Virus record (IMG/VR): IMGVR_UViG_3300025389_000011
Source of the DNA: a virus
Lineage: Duplodnaviria > Caudoviricetes
DNA length: 64,000 bases
Direction: 5' to 3' (one strand)
The translations under genes and the position numbers were made by a program. Shown here one piece after another: positions 44,101 to 53,628 of this stretch (position 1 is the first letter of the stretch; every line of letters starts with the position of its first letter). Under the pieces are notes generated by a model, which was not told the DNA's origin, ran no database searches, and saw only the letters and a list, made by a program, of their open reading frames with translations.

Positions 44101-46431
44101 ATATTCTATCCAACGTTCATATTGAGGGACAACTTCAACATCGCCCATGTACTTGCGTTCACTTGCTCCTAGACAATGGTATTCTATTGTGGGCTGTAAT
44201 TCACCTGCAATCCATTTATTACCCCATACATAAATGTACGCTGGTTCTCTTGGGTCGGGACGCCATGTCATATCAAAGTCTACAGGTTCTTGATAAACAC
44301 GCCACAACTCTTGTTCAGGTAATACTTCAACATCACCCATATATTTGCGCTCAGTTGCGCCTGGATAATGATATTCTATTGTAGATTTTAATTCACCGGG
44401 TATCCATTTATTACCCCATACATAAATGTATGCTGGTTCACGTGGATCTGGGCGCCATGTCAAGTCAAATTTCTTTATATCAATTGCCTGAACCATTGTC
44501 CATCGTTCAAATTCAGGTACCACTTCTAATAGTTCTTCCATAAATTTGTATTCTGTTGCACCTTCAACAATATATTCAAGTGTGGGAATAATATTCCCTG
44601 GCACATGTTTGTTACCCCATACATAAATATAGGGAGGGCTTGTTGGATCCGGTCTCCATGTCATGTCAAATTTAGTTTTATCAACTTCTGAAGGATGTAG
44701 TTTCCAATTCTTACTAACAGCCAATTTAACATCTTGCGACATGTGTTTGATTTGTGTTGCACCTGGTACAATATATTCTACAGTGGGTTTTAATTCACTA
44801 CTATAATGTTTATTGCCCCATTGGTAAATGTATGGTTCTTCAGTTGCATCAGGATGCCAGCTATAATCAAAATCTAACACATCTTCATGTGTTACCCAAT
44901 TTTCTGTTGTTGATTGAGCAATTGCTTTAATCGTGTCAACATACTTGATAGGCGAATCCATAGTGCATCCAACAGCAGTAAAGATAGGTCCACCTGTTTT
45001 TTGATGCTGTGTACCAAACTGATATATCATTGGTTCATCTTGTATATCAGGATGCCAACTAAAATCAAAACCTTCTGTGATACAGCCTTCAGGTATTGCC
45101 CAATGATCCATATCAACTTTGGCAGTTGCTGTCTGTACATCAATATACTTAAACTCAGTTGCACCCTCTACAACAAAGCGTGGTCCACCTGAATGTTGCC
45201 ATTGACTTGGAAACTGATAGATATATGGATCTTCTGTTAAGTCTGGATGCCAACTAAAGTCAAACGTACTTCTATCAATGTTCATTGGAATTTGCCAATT
45301 TAAAAATTGATAGCAAACCACTAGTGATACCGGATTATCAACATATTTTAACTCAGTAGCACCTTCAATATAGTATTGTGGGCCATCTGTTTTTTGCCAT
45401 TGTGTTCCAAATTGATATACATAGGGAGGGTCATTGGGATTTGGTTCCCAACTATAATCAAAGCTACCTTCTGCAACGTGTACAGGTACTCGCCAATTAT
45501 CCATACAAGGTAAACGTATTGCACGTTCTTCCATGTACTTGATTTCTGTTGCGCCTTCTACAACATATCTAACACTTGCTTTATCTTCTGGCTTATTCCA
45601 TTGATTGCCCCATACATAAATGTAGGGAGGACTTGTTGGATCGGGTACCCAACTAAAATTAAATGCCAACTTATCAATATCTTCTAGTATTTCAAAATCT
45701 TCTGGTCTACGTACTAATTCAGGAGTAAAGTCATCAATATACTTACGTTCGGTGGCACCTTCTACATGAAACTCAATCGTTGGCATAATTGTGCCAGGGT
45801 ATTGATTGTTACCAAACACATAGATATAAGGAGGGCTAGTTGGATCAGGTACCCAACTAAAATCAAATTTAATAACTGGATGTATTATTTTAAATAGTCT
45901 TGGACTTTGTGCAAGTATTGCTATTTTGTCTATAACATATTTTCTATTGATAGCACCGGGTACATGATATTCTACCGTTGGCATGATAGCACCACTGTGC
46001 CATTGATTACCAAACACATAGATATAGGGAGGGTCACTGGGATCAGGATGCCACTTAAAATCAAACTGCTCTCTATCAATATTTTCTAGTATCTTCCAAT
46101 TTTTACTTATTTCTAATTCTTTGAATTGTAGAGGGTCTACATCAGCCCTGTAAACCATTAAATAATCACTACGATTAGGACACAACCATGTACCACTGTC
46201 TTTTTGATATTGACTGGGCCAGACATTAATATGATCTTGTGCCCATACATCTTCATCTGGTAATAACTCAAAATCAAAGTCCCAGTCAAAGTCACGATAA
46301 TCACACCGTTCGTTGATTATCCAAAAATGTTCTGTAGTGGCCTGTGATAATGCATCTTCAAATGAAGTTGCATGTTTTTCTCTAGGGTGGGCGTTTGGTT
46401 TTTCGCCATAGTAAAATACATCTCTTAGCAT
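41119..46431 (-). CDS. 1770-aa tandem-repeat protein with C-terminal GT-A-like domain
   Basis: About 15 clear and 5 degenerate ~60-aa units FD(F/M)SW(R/H)PDP..P.YIYV(W/F)GN.W...P..EY..PGATE.KY; C-terminal LDIIFLSNGE... Confidence 0.8.
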   Translation of the reverse strand: MLRDVFYYGEKPNAHPREKHATSFEDALSQATTEHFWIINERCDYRDFDWDFDFELLPDEDVWAQDHINVWPSQYQKDSGTWLCPNRSDYLMVYRADVDPLQFKELEISKNWKILENIDREQFDFKWHPDPSDPPYIYVFGNQWHSGAIMPTVEYHVPGAINRKYVIDKIAILAQSPRLFKIIHPVIKFDFSWVPDPTSPPYIYVFGNNQYPGTIMPTIEFHVEGATERKYIDDFTPELVRRPEDFEILEDIDKLAFNFSWVPDPTSPPYIYVWGNQWNKPEDKASVRYVVEGATEIKYMEERAIRLPCMDNWRVPVHVAEGSFDYSWEPNPNDPPYVYQFGTQWQKTDGPQYYIEGATELKYVDNPVSLVVCYQFLNWQIPMNIDRSTFDFSWHPDLTEDPYIYQFPSQWQHSGGPRFVVEGATEFKYIDVQTATAKVDMDHWAIPEGCITEGFDFSWHPDIQDEPMIYQFGTQHQKTGGPIFTAVGCTMDSPIKYVDTIKAIAQSTTENWVTHEDVLDFDYSWHPDATEEPYIYQWGNKHYSSELKPTVEYIVPGATQIKHMSQDVKLAVSKNWKLHPSEVDKTKFDMTWRPDPTSPPYIYVWGNKHVPGNIIPTLEYIVEGATEYKFMEELLEVVPEFERWTMVQAIDIKKFDLTWRPDPREPAYIYVWGNKWIPGELKSTIEYHYPGATERKYMGDVEVLPEQELWRVYQEPVDFDMTWRPDPREPAYIYVWGNKWIAGELQPTIEYHCLGASERKYMGDVEVVPQYERWIEYQPVDRNKFDMSWRPDPREPAYIYVWGNKWIAGELQPTIEYRCPGATEKKYMAEPAEVLPIIENWKILQNVENFDFSWRPDPREPDYIYVWGNKYINAELQATLEYHCPGATERKYIGEVDVQPEWDKWNILIPVNKNSFDFKWRPDPREPAFIYVWGNKFNSAEFEPTVEYHCPGATEKKYMHDKVASTLPDMSKWKTLIPVESFDYSWRPDPMDPPYIYVFGNKWNDATVEATLEYYVEGATEFKYIKDIVATPRPDLKYWHISNNDDLETFDFSWRPNPHSPLQIYQWEDNGPRYADPDVLKDAEVVFMKRTEEITRSIVKHYKIKTTLEDLINEHQDEVFWAINPDLSYDKFDFSWRPNEENFLHINVFGNEYSMNTQTYYVNAPMYMLGHREYNYVDSQTVEIDSNLSMFFVDRGNLESTNRYNALKLRYPQIQKTRYLNSWVDTITRCLTKSETNLCWILNSELDYTDFQFDFYPSPWQMKMVHVFGTQWSHWGTTFMVNKETFPEDTKYVKVIEHLNVLNFVKKKIAVATDCLYDVVLIDHGNHGNFKKEFRAVNDTIVEKTLKPTTIIKFDNSYLQTLKNYLKTLETKKEHYVWICSSICDYKDFDFSYICDPYAKDQLHVFPSDKQKFGDTFLVDVNKFLSLVNDMIRLEDYEKVNFNQHQRVKRLSAPVILVKEDTHVELSNYDFTFPYAEFITGDNENLINLKDENEPISLWAPDHKNIVIKSTGGTRITVPSEAKNYVERELYDYPYITRSPKLLKSNPLDIIFLSNGEACADANYEHLLSVTKNLGNKVIRLDNIKGRVLSQHTAAYNSSTPWYFLVNAKLKVNKTFDFSWQPDRLQIPKHYIFNATNPVNGLEYGHQAIVANNKILTLNTKVRGLDFTLDSEHEVVPLNCGIAMYNSSAWDTWRTAFRETIKLRHSGTDENKERLHAWLNIGNGNFGEESKKGAHDAMDYYDSVGGDLQKLMLSYDWEWLFNIYQQSIDL

Positions 46432-46439
46432 ATTACTAC

Positions 46440-47921
46440 TTATGAAAGTACTGTTATACCATAAAGTTTTTCAAATCTATCTGCATCATTACGGTCATTG
46501 ACCATGGGCTCACCACGTATGTTTAAACTTGTGTTTAATAACATAGGGCAACCGGTTAGTACATACCATTTTTCGAGTAGTTCTCGAATACCTGATCCAT
46601 CTTTAGGAACAGTTTGGATACGACTAGTGCCGTCATGATGAACGATAGCAGGAAATAAGTCAGGATACCTACAAGTACCGACGACTTGCATATACCTACT
46701 GTTATGCCAATTGAGAGGCATAGTAAAATAATCATTAACATACTCTTCCAGAATAACTGGGGCAAATGGTCTAAATTTTTGTCTACGTTTGATTTCATTT
46801 ACTTTATCCTTAATTTCATTTCCTCTAGGGTCTGCTAATAAACTACGATTGCCTAACGCTCTTGGTCCAAACTCTGCTCGTCCGTTTGCAACTCCCACGA
46901 TTTTACCATTAAGTAAAATATCAAGCAACTTGTTAGTAGGATAAGCCCCGGTAATATCAGTACCGAGAAAAGCATTATTCCAATTAACACGCTTACTATA
47001 ACCCAAGCCGGCACTGCCAAGACTATTCCCAGCATCGCCAGGATTAGGCATAATCCAAATGTTTTCATAGTATTTTCCTAAAATTCTATTTGCTACACAA
47101 TTAAGTGCTACTCCCCCACCATATACCAAATTTTTACTTGGTCCCAACACCTTTGCAAGTGTCACCACATTGGTTATTAATTGTTCAGTTAGCAACTGAG
47201 TACTTGTTGCCAAATCCATTGGATCAGCATTATGTATAAATTCTTTATCAACACCCGTGTGTAAATTTTCTTTAAATGTTATTGTAAGACTATCTTGTAG
47301 TAACTGTCTATGTAACTGGGCATAGTGTTTATTTTCACCATATGCTGCCATACCCATAAAAATATATTCTTCTTCGTTGGCTTTTAACCCAACGCTATCA
47401 GTCATGGCACTATAAAACAAACCAATACTATGTGGGTATTTTTTACCCCATAATTTTTTATATGTTGCAACACCATTAACATAACGTGCGTCCCAAATAC
47501 TTATAGTATCAAACTCACCTATCGCATCAATTACAACAACGGTTGCATCAACAAAACTGCTTGTTTGAAATCCACCAGCCGCATGACACAAATGATGTCC
47601 ATGTGTATGTATCTTTTTATTACCTAATAACTTCATATTTTCCTTGCCAATGATGTTACTAGCAAACAAACTACTAAGTTTAGGTTGTTCCCCGCTACGC
47701 AATTGTCTTAGAAATTTAATGGTAGGACGTTCATAGTAGTGCAATTCATAATCACCCTTAACATATGATAGTGCATCTAATATCAATTCACGATTTAAGT
47801 CTTTATCGTTTTTGATTTTACTATAGCGTTCGCTATGACCAGCGAACAAAATATTACCACTATCATCTATTACACTCAATGCACCATCATGAAATCCACA
47901 ACTAATGCCTATGTAGTTCAT
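46440..47921 (-). CDS. Carbamoyltransferase (NodU/CmcH family), start MNYIGIS
   Basis: GFHDGA, HH.CHAA, DAIGE, GGVALNC, PGDAG, EFGPRALGNRS, KRRQ.FRPFAP, LNTSLN. Confidence 0.93.
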   Translation of the reverse strand: MNYIGISCGFHDGALSVIDDSGNILFAGHSERYSKIKNDKDLNRELILDALSYVKGDYELHYYERPTIKFLRQLRSGEQPKLSSLFASNIIGKENMKLLGNKKIHTHGHHLCHAAGGFQTSSFVDATVVVIDAIGEFDTISIWDARYVNGVATYKKLWGKKYPHSIGLFYSAMTDSVGLKANEEEYIFMGMAAYGENKHYAQLHRQLLQDSLTITFKENLHTGVDKEFIHNADPMDLATSTQLLTEQLITNVVTLAKVLGPSKNLVYGGGVALNCVANRILGKYYENIWIMPNPGDAGNSLGSAGLGYSKRVNWNNAFLGTDITGAYPTNKLLDILLNGKIVGVANGRAEFGPRALGNRSLLADPRGNEIKDKVNEIKRRQKFRPFAPVILEEYVNDYFTMPLNWHNSRYMQVVGTCRYPDLFPAIVHHDGTSRIQTVPKDGSGIRELLEKWYVLTGCPMLLNTSLNIRGEPMVNDRNDADRFEKLYGITVLS

Positions 47922-48760
47922 TTGATATACTCTTTGGTTTTTTCTGCCCAATATTCGTGATGTATAGGTCCAAGATGACTTTTGTCTCTAGCCAAATCTT
48001 TTTCGATATCAGTTTCAGTATATTGTTTGTAAAATCTATCAAATACTCTACCAAATTGTGGTATAATTACTGCACTGGTTAAATCCATGTGTTTCAAAAA
48101 TTCGTATGTGTTACCGTCCCACGCTGAAAGATATATTTTGATATTTCTTTCTTTGGCAATTTTTTCTGCCAAATAAATATCATTCCTAAGGTTCTTGTAC
48201 ATATCTTCCTCAGGTGTACCTTTATACAATGATTCAACATCAACTTTGTATTTTTTTAACATAGGATCAGTAGATTGAGCTGATGACATATACAATATTT
48301 TATGTGTCTCTGCGTTAATTTTAGCTATCTGTAATCGCATATAGGGAGATAACACCAATATTGCATGTTTCATGGTTACATGTTTAGATATAATTAAAAA
48401 TAAATCTATGATACTTTTAGGTGACAATCCATTCATTGCAAAGTTCAAATGCGACATGTTTAATTGTTTAGCCAATAATGTATGCCACAACATGTCTACG
48501 GGTAATCCCAATCCTGCACAATAGCTACAACCAAAAATACCAATATCAGTTGTCGAAGGTATTTCATCGCTATCCATGCGAAATCCAAATTTATTATAGT
48601 TGTAATTAAATTTTGAATATTTCTTTTCCCATTCACTGGAAAATTTCATGTCATCGAGGCTAGCAAATTCAAGTTGAAATGAACTAGTCGCAGTTGTGTA
48701 AGAAGATACATCACTTATATTTTTTGAATCTAATAAATTCAATTTAGCTATACTTTTCAT
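47918..48760 (-). CDS. SGNH-like hydrolase/acyltransferase
   Basis: YNYNKFGFR, FGCSYCAG.G, LNFAMNG.S, RDKSHLGP..H. Confidence 0.7.
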   Translation of the reverse strand: MKSIAKLNLLDSKNISDVSSYTTATSSFQLEFASLDDMKFSSEWEKKYSKFNYNYNKFGFRMDSDEIPSTTDIGIFGCSYCAGLGLPVDMLWHTLLAKQLNMSHLNFAMNGLSPKSIIDLFLIISKHVTMKHAILVLSPYMRLQIAKINAETHKILYMSSAQSTDPMLKKYKVDVESLYKGTPEEDMYKNLRNDIYLAEKIAKERNIKIYLSAWDGNTYEFLKHMDLTSAVIIPQFGRVFDRFYKQYTETDIEKDLARDKSHLGPIHHEYWAEKTKEYIK

Positions 48761-48783
48761 TTATAAATCCAATGTCATTGTTT

Positions 48784-48888
48784 TCATTTATAAATAAAAG
48801 GATCTCTTTTACGTAATTCTTTAATGCGTTTACGATAACGTAATTCCATTTTGATTTTATAGTATATATTTTTAATCCAACTAAACAT
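48784..48888 (-). CDS. 34-aa basic microprotein MFSWIKNIYYKIKMELRYRKRIKELRKRDPFIYK (not in ORF track)
   Basis: Fills the gap exactly; start overlaps the upstream stop region; manual translation. Confidence 0.7.
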   Translation of the reverse strand: MFSWIKNIYYKIKMELRYRKRIKELRKRDPFIYK

Positions 48889-50155
48889 TTGTGTTCTCCT
48901 TGTTTATAGTGTCAATGATTTCTACAATGTCAGGGTAAATCTTTTTCCAATCTAGATTTCTTCTAACATCTAAATCATCTAAGAATCCATGTAAGTCGTT
49001 TACAGCTTTAACACTTACGGGAGTAGCCAACATTTGCTTTTTAATACCGGTTAATGAATTGATTTCCGGGCTATAATCTTTTTTATATTTATTAAGTGCT
49101 TCAATGGCTTTGTCTACATATGGCACCAAGTGCTTTCCAAAGTTATACGGGTTAAAGCAGTCAGGTCTAACCACTGTGTTCCAATTGAGGTTGGCAGTTT
49201 TATTTTTCAATATCCATTGACCACAGAACATGTCAATTAATTTATGCAATGCAGGTAATGTTACAGCAGTTAGTGTAGCATGTATTTGCAACACAACTCC
49301 CCAACTTTCTAACACGGTATTGATATTCTTTTCGCAATTTTCTAAGTTAAGACCATAACGTGCATACTCTAATTCTGGTCCCCAACAATCAATACTTGCA
49401 GTAATTTCAAAACGTTTTAATTTTTTAGCTTCTACTAATTTTTGAATTCTATTGATTTTTTCCTTGAACTTTTCAGGCTCATGATTTAGATTTGAAAAGA
49501 TACGCCAAATTAAATTTGGATTGTCATGTGTTTCAAAAAATTCTAAATGCTGTTCAAATTCTTTTTGATACATGGGCTCTCCACCCAATGTATTGTAAAT
49601 TACTAAATCTTTTGAGTTTTCATGCATCCATTCCCAGAATTGTTTTACATACTCATCATAGTTATCTCTGTCATCTGCTCTAAAGTTACTATAGTCATCA
49701 TTGAATTGGCTTTTACCATACTTACGTACTTCTTGTTCAATAACGCTACTAAAGCCGGGGGTACAATAAACGCATGATTGATTGCACACGTTGCTAAAGT
49801 ATACTTCCAACAGTCTAGGGTTTACGTTGATTTCTTTAGGGTTTGTTTCTAATTCATACGGAAGCAATTCAACTGATTTGTTTGCAAATCCAATTCTATC
49901 GCTTACCCCACCTGCTTGTTCAACATTGCGACAATATTCGCAACCGTTACCTGGCCATATACCTTCTAACATTTTTTCTCTATCACCTAATTTGCCCGGA
50001 TGATTATGAAAATCTTTTAGTGTATCTTTATTTAATTTCCAATGAAATCCACGATGGCAACTAGCAGTAGTTCCTCGATTTAAGAATAATGTGCTCCATG
50101 TCCATTTATATAGACATGCGGCATCGTTTACTATAGGGAATGTTTTTTTGTTCAT
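48881..50155 (-). CDS. Radical SAM protein
   Basis: CNQSCVYC, GGEP, SIDCWG, N-terminal C..KW...SCH. Confidence 0.9.
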   Translation of the reverse strand: MNKKTFPIVNDAACLYKWTWSTLFLNRGTTASCHRGFHWKLNKDTLKDFHNHPGKLGDREKMLEGIWPGNGCEYCRNVEQAGGVSDRIGFANKSVELLPYELETNPKEINVNPRLLEVYFSNVCNQSCVYCTPGFSSVIEQEVRKYGKSQFNDDYSNFRADDRDNYDEYVKQFWEWMHENSKDLVIYNTLGGEPMYQKEFEQHLEFFETHDNPNLIWRIFSNLNHEPEKFKEKINRIQKLVEAKKLKRFEITASIDCWGPELEYARYGLNLENCEKNINTVLESWGVVLQIHATLTAVTLPALHKLIDMFCGQWILKNKTANLNWNTVVRPDCFNPYNFGKHLVPYVDKAIEALNKYKKDYSPEINSLTGIKKQMLATPVSVKAVNDLHGFLDDLDVRRNLDWKKIYPDIVEIIDTINKENTNV

Positions 50156-50922
50156 ACTATATTTAAGGTTCTTTTAACCAATGGGAATAATTCTTGTCTG
50201 AAATACATTAAATGTCCGGCTTCATTAACATGATTGTCGATAAAATGATAATGGTTCCAATTGTGTTCAAAGTCCATACGCCCAGAAAAATCATACCTAG
50301 CTATATGTCTATATTGCAAATGTTTAAGTATTTCTAATTCTTTGAATTTAGTATTCATATCAGAATGTATTGTTTCGGGATTACACCATAAAAATTTTAT
50401 ATTTTTAGATGTTACAAACGAATAAGTTGCCAATGTTGACATTAAACTTTGATAATACATTATTGTGTCATTTGTAAGATATTTGTAAAACTGAACTCTT
50501 GCATTTCTATATTCATTATATGCGATTGGATATAATGGATTATTTATTTTATCCGGGTCATCGCCCCAAGCAGGGCACCACGGCACAATCATTTCAGGAT
50601 CTTTATACCCTGCTAAACTAAAACGATCCATGAATGTTCCATTAAATAACACCAATGCTATATCGTCATGTTGATTGATATAATCAACTGTGTCCTTGAA
50701 AATTCCAAATTGACTATTGCCCGGGCTTGCTAAATTAACTACATTATAATATGGTAACTGTTGATTTAATAATGTTGCCCAGCAGTATTCGCTAGAAGGG
50801 TCATTGGGATATTCAAAGGGTTTACCTAAATGAGTTTTTGTTTTCTCATCAAAATAATATATTCTATCCTTACAACCTTGACCATATGTATAGCTATCCC
50901 CTACTACTAATATTGTACTCAT
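50152..50922 (-). CDS. SGNH/GDSL-like hydrolase
   Basis: GDSYTYG, NLASPGNS, DNHVNEAGH. Confidence 0.8.
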   Translation of the reverse strand: MSTILVVGDSYTYGQGCKDRIYYFDEKTKTHLGKPFEYPNDPSSEYCWATLLNQQLPYYNVVNLASPGNSQFGIFKDTVDYINQHDDIALVLFNGTFMDRFSLAGYKDPEMIVPWCPAWGDDPDKINNPLYPIAYNEYRNARVQFYKYLTNDTIMYYQSLMSTLATYSFVTSKNIKFLWCNPETIHSDMNTKFKELEILKHLQYRHIARYDFSGRMDFEHNWNHYHFIDNHVNEAGHLMYFRQELFPLVKRTLNIV

Positions 50923-51674
50923 TAACTAATTCCTAACTGTTTCATAAAGGGCATTATAACTCTATCAAAATAAATTTTATGTCCTGTGTCATTGCAATGT
51001 CCATCAGGCTGATAACATGTTTTATTAAATTCTTCATTTTCTCTTCCTGAAAAATCATACCTAAATATATGAGGGAAATAGTTAGGTACTAGTTTTGATA
51101 TTTTGTACTTTAGTTTAGAATAATCAACGCCAACCAGAGGCATAGACCAAGCAAATTGTGCGTTACATGCTTTGGCTACCCCATATATTCCCATGATACT
51201 GGTAAATGCATTTTGTAGACCAATACTATCATTATACAAGTATTTTGCATACATCATTTTTGCAGTACTATAATCTTTAGGATCATTGTCTCTGTAAAAA
51301 GAACCATCAAATTTGATAGACCAAGTTACTGGATCTTCTGGATTAAGATAGCTTGCCACTTCAATTCTGTCCATAAAAGCTCCGGCCGCTACAATTAAAT
51401 AGTCTGAATTTATATTGCTACTGGCATGTAGTGTCATTAAATCTCTAAACATTCCTGAATATGAATGTCCCGGTTTACTTGCATTTATTACCAATGCATT
51501 GTTAATATTGTTTTGTAACAAAGAACCCCAGCAATAATTGCTAGGTTTCAAGTGAAAGTCGGATGCCATACTTCCCACCCATACTTTCTTTTCAATATCA
51601 AAGTAATAATTTTTGTCTGAGCACCCATGTCCAAATGTAAAACTATCACCTAGCAGTATAATTCGTTTTATCAT
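50922..51674 (-). CDS. SGNH/GDSL-like hydrolase
   Basis: GDSFTFG, NASKPG.S, DGHCNDTGH. Confidence 0.8.
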   Translation of the reverse strand: MIKRIILLGDSFTFGHGCSDKNYYFDIEKKVWVGSMASDFHLKPSNYCWGSLLQNNINNALVINASKPGHSYSGMFRDLMTLHASSNINSDYLIVAAGAFMDRIEVASYLNPEDPVTWSIKFDGSFYRDNDPKDYSTAKMMYAKYLYNDSIGLQNAFTSIMGIYGVAKACNAQFAWSMPLVGVDYSKLKYKISKLVPNYFPHIFRYDFSGRENEEFNKTCYQPDGHCNDTGHKIYFDRVIMPFMKQLGIS

Positions 51675-51675
51675 T

Positions 51676-52428
51676 TCAATCTTTTTTGTCTAAATCTGTG
51701 GAGTATCTTTCGATAATTTCTTTGTTCTTGCAAGTAAGTTCAGGATTTTTATACAAGTCAATAATTTCAGGATATAGTTCCCAACACTCAGAAATTATTT
51801 TAGCAAAAATCATGTTTCTTTCTTTAGATAAATGACACCAACGATTGTCAACACGATTCATATTGGGCAATTCATTTCTACTTACTGATATTAAATTGTA
51901 TAAACATGGACCATGACGGTTATCTAAGTTGGTACTTAAATGTTTGTCTCTACGGTCTTCAAATGTTAACACATTTACTAATTTAATATTTTTGTTTCTG
52001 CATATATCATTTACATCATTGAAGATTTTTTGTTTTACCCAAACATCAAACTCAGTATCTATATTTATAGCACGACCAGTAAGAATTCTTACCATTTCAA
52101 GTTCTTGTTCAATTGTTAATTCTTTGTTTCTGCGTGTTTCATATAACTCATCGGGAGTGTTTAAGAAATGTAATCCTTCACAACCATGTGGCAAATGATG
52201 TATACGATGCAATGAAGAATGCATGAACACAATGTGGTCAAATTGGTCATGATGTGCTAAAAATTGCTGATATGCATACCACGTGCTGGTACCTGTTTTA
52301 CCATAAGTGGTTATCTTGTTTCCACCTTCTTCAATAAATCTAATCCAAGATTCGTCTTCCTTAAAGGGACTATCAGGATTGTGCGGAGCTCTATCCGCAA
52401 AACTATCTCCAAATACACCTATTCTCAT
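51676..52428 (-). CDS. SGNH-like hydrolase
   Basis: GVFGDSF, GKTGTS, WCHLS..RN. Confidence 0.75.
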   Translation of the reverse strand: MRIGVFGDSFADRAPHNPDSPFKEDESWIRFIEEGGNKITTYGKTGTSTWYAYQQFLAHHDQFDHIVFMHSSLHRIHHLPHGCEGLHFLNTPDELYETRRNKELTIEQELEMVRILTGRAINIDTEFDVWVKQKIFNDVNDICRNKNIKLVNVLTFEDRRDKHLSTNLDNRHGPCLYNLISVSRNELPNMNRVDNRWCHLSKERNMIFAKIISECWELYPEIIDLYKNPELTCKNKEIIERYSTDLDKKD

Positions 52429-52431
52429 ATA

Positions 52432-53628
52432 TCATCCTTTTTTGATTACTTTATTTACATATAACTTGTCCATGGCAGATTTTTTACCACATGTTTCTAA
52501 ACAGAATAACAATTTACCACCTTCAATAGTTGGTCTACTCCATCCATCTAAAAAGAATTTTTGAAAGTAAGGACCGTTTAATACTTCTACCATATTATAT
52601 ACTTTCAAATCAAATTTATCAAGCCCATATTCTCTAATCAATGTGTTAAACTGAAAACGTGAATATGAACTATGAAATTGACCAAATACTCCACCCAAGA
52701 AACAACAAGGTAACATATACCCATTGGCTGATATGTATACTTCACCATGTTCAGGGTGTTCAATTGATTTACACGCTATGCCATCATTTTCTAAACTTTT
52801 ACCAAACTCGCTAATAATAGGTATATGTCTATCTTGTGCAGTACTTAATACACCTTTACTAAAATCAACTTTGTAACCTAAAGGCGGAGTATAAACTTCT
52901 TCTTTAGAAAAACTAGCATTTGCAGGCCAAATACTGTACTCGAAATATCCTTCTTTGTCATAAACATTAATAGGAGTTGGTTTGTCATCGTATTCACCAA
53001 AACCTAAAGGATTTTTCATTGAGAATATAAATCCCAACTCTTTTGCCAACTTTTGTGCTTCTTCTACTTGATGTTTATTGTGGTCAAATAACAGCCATTC
53101 CCATATTGCTTTGGCCCCGGTAGCACTATATGCTCTCATGTTAGCAATAACTTTTTCCCACTTGACCCCTCTGCGATAAATGTGATTTGTGTCTTCTAGT
53201 CCATCAACACTAAACACAACACCCGGTTGGTTAAACAAGTGATTGTCCCAAAATTTGGGAGTACGGTTTTGTTGTTCCGCAAAAAACTCACCCATGCTAG
53301 TCCAAAACTCAGTATTACGCATACCACCATTGGTTCTTACTTGTTGTATAACTTTACTTGAATGCTCTGAAAAATATTTCATGATTGGTAACAAGTCAGG
53401 AGCCATTCCAGGATCTCCAACATTACCGCAATAATTAATTCCAATTAAGTTTTGTGCTATCTCTACCGGAACCATTCTTTTAATATCTTCAAGCGATAGT
53501 TCTGTAAGTTCTAAGTCTGGTACTACTGCACCACCAGAAAAATTTCTACTACATGCCGGGCAACTGGCATTGCATCTACTTGATAACTCAATGTGCAGTC
53601 TTGCCACTTTATGATACATCTTATCCAT
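52432..53628 (-). CDS. Radical SAM protein with C-terminal SPASM/twitch-like Cys
   Basis: CNASCPAC, CGNVGDP, SVDGL, PCC...CLETC. Confidence 0.9.
   Translation of the reverse strand: MDKMYHKVARLHIELSSRCNASCPACSRNFSGGAVVPDLELTELSLEDIKRMVPVEIAQNLIGINYCGNVGDPGMAPDLLPIMKYFSEHSSKVIQQVRTNGGMRNTEFWTSMGEFFAEQQNRTPKFWDNHLFNQPGVVFSVDGLEDTNHIYRRGVKWEKVIANMRAYSATGAKAIWEWLLFDHNKHQVEEAQKLAKELGFIFSMKNPLGFGEYDDKPTPINVYDKEGYFEYSIWPANASFSKEEVYTPPLGYKVDFSKGVLSTAQDRHIPIISEFGKSLENDGIACKSIEHPEHGEVYISANGYMLPCCFLGGVFGQFHSSYSRFQFNTLIREYGLDKFDLKVYNMVEVLNGPYFQKFFLDGWSRPTIEGGKLLFCLETCGKKSAMDKLYVNKVIKKG

Noticed and set aside
40420-46000. CRISPR array or non-coding tandem repeats
   Set aside because: All repeats are in-frame coding repeats with synonymous variation; no constant repeat with unique spacers
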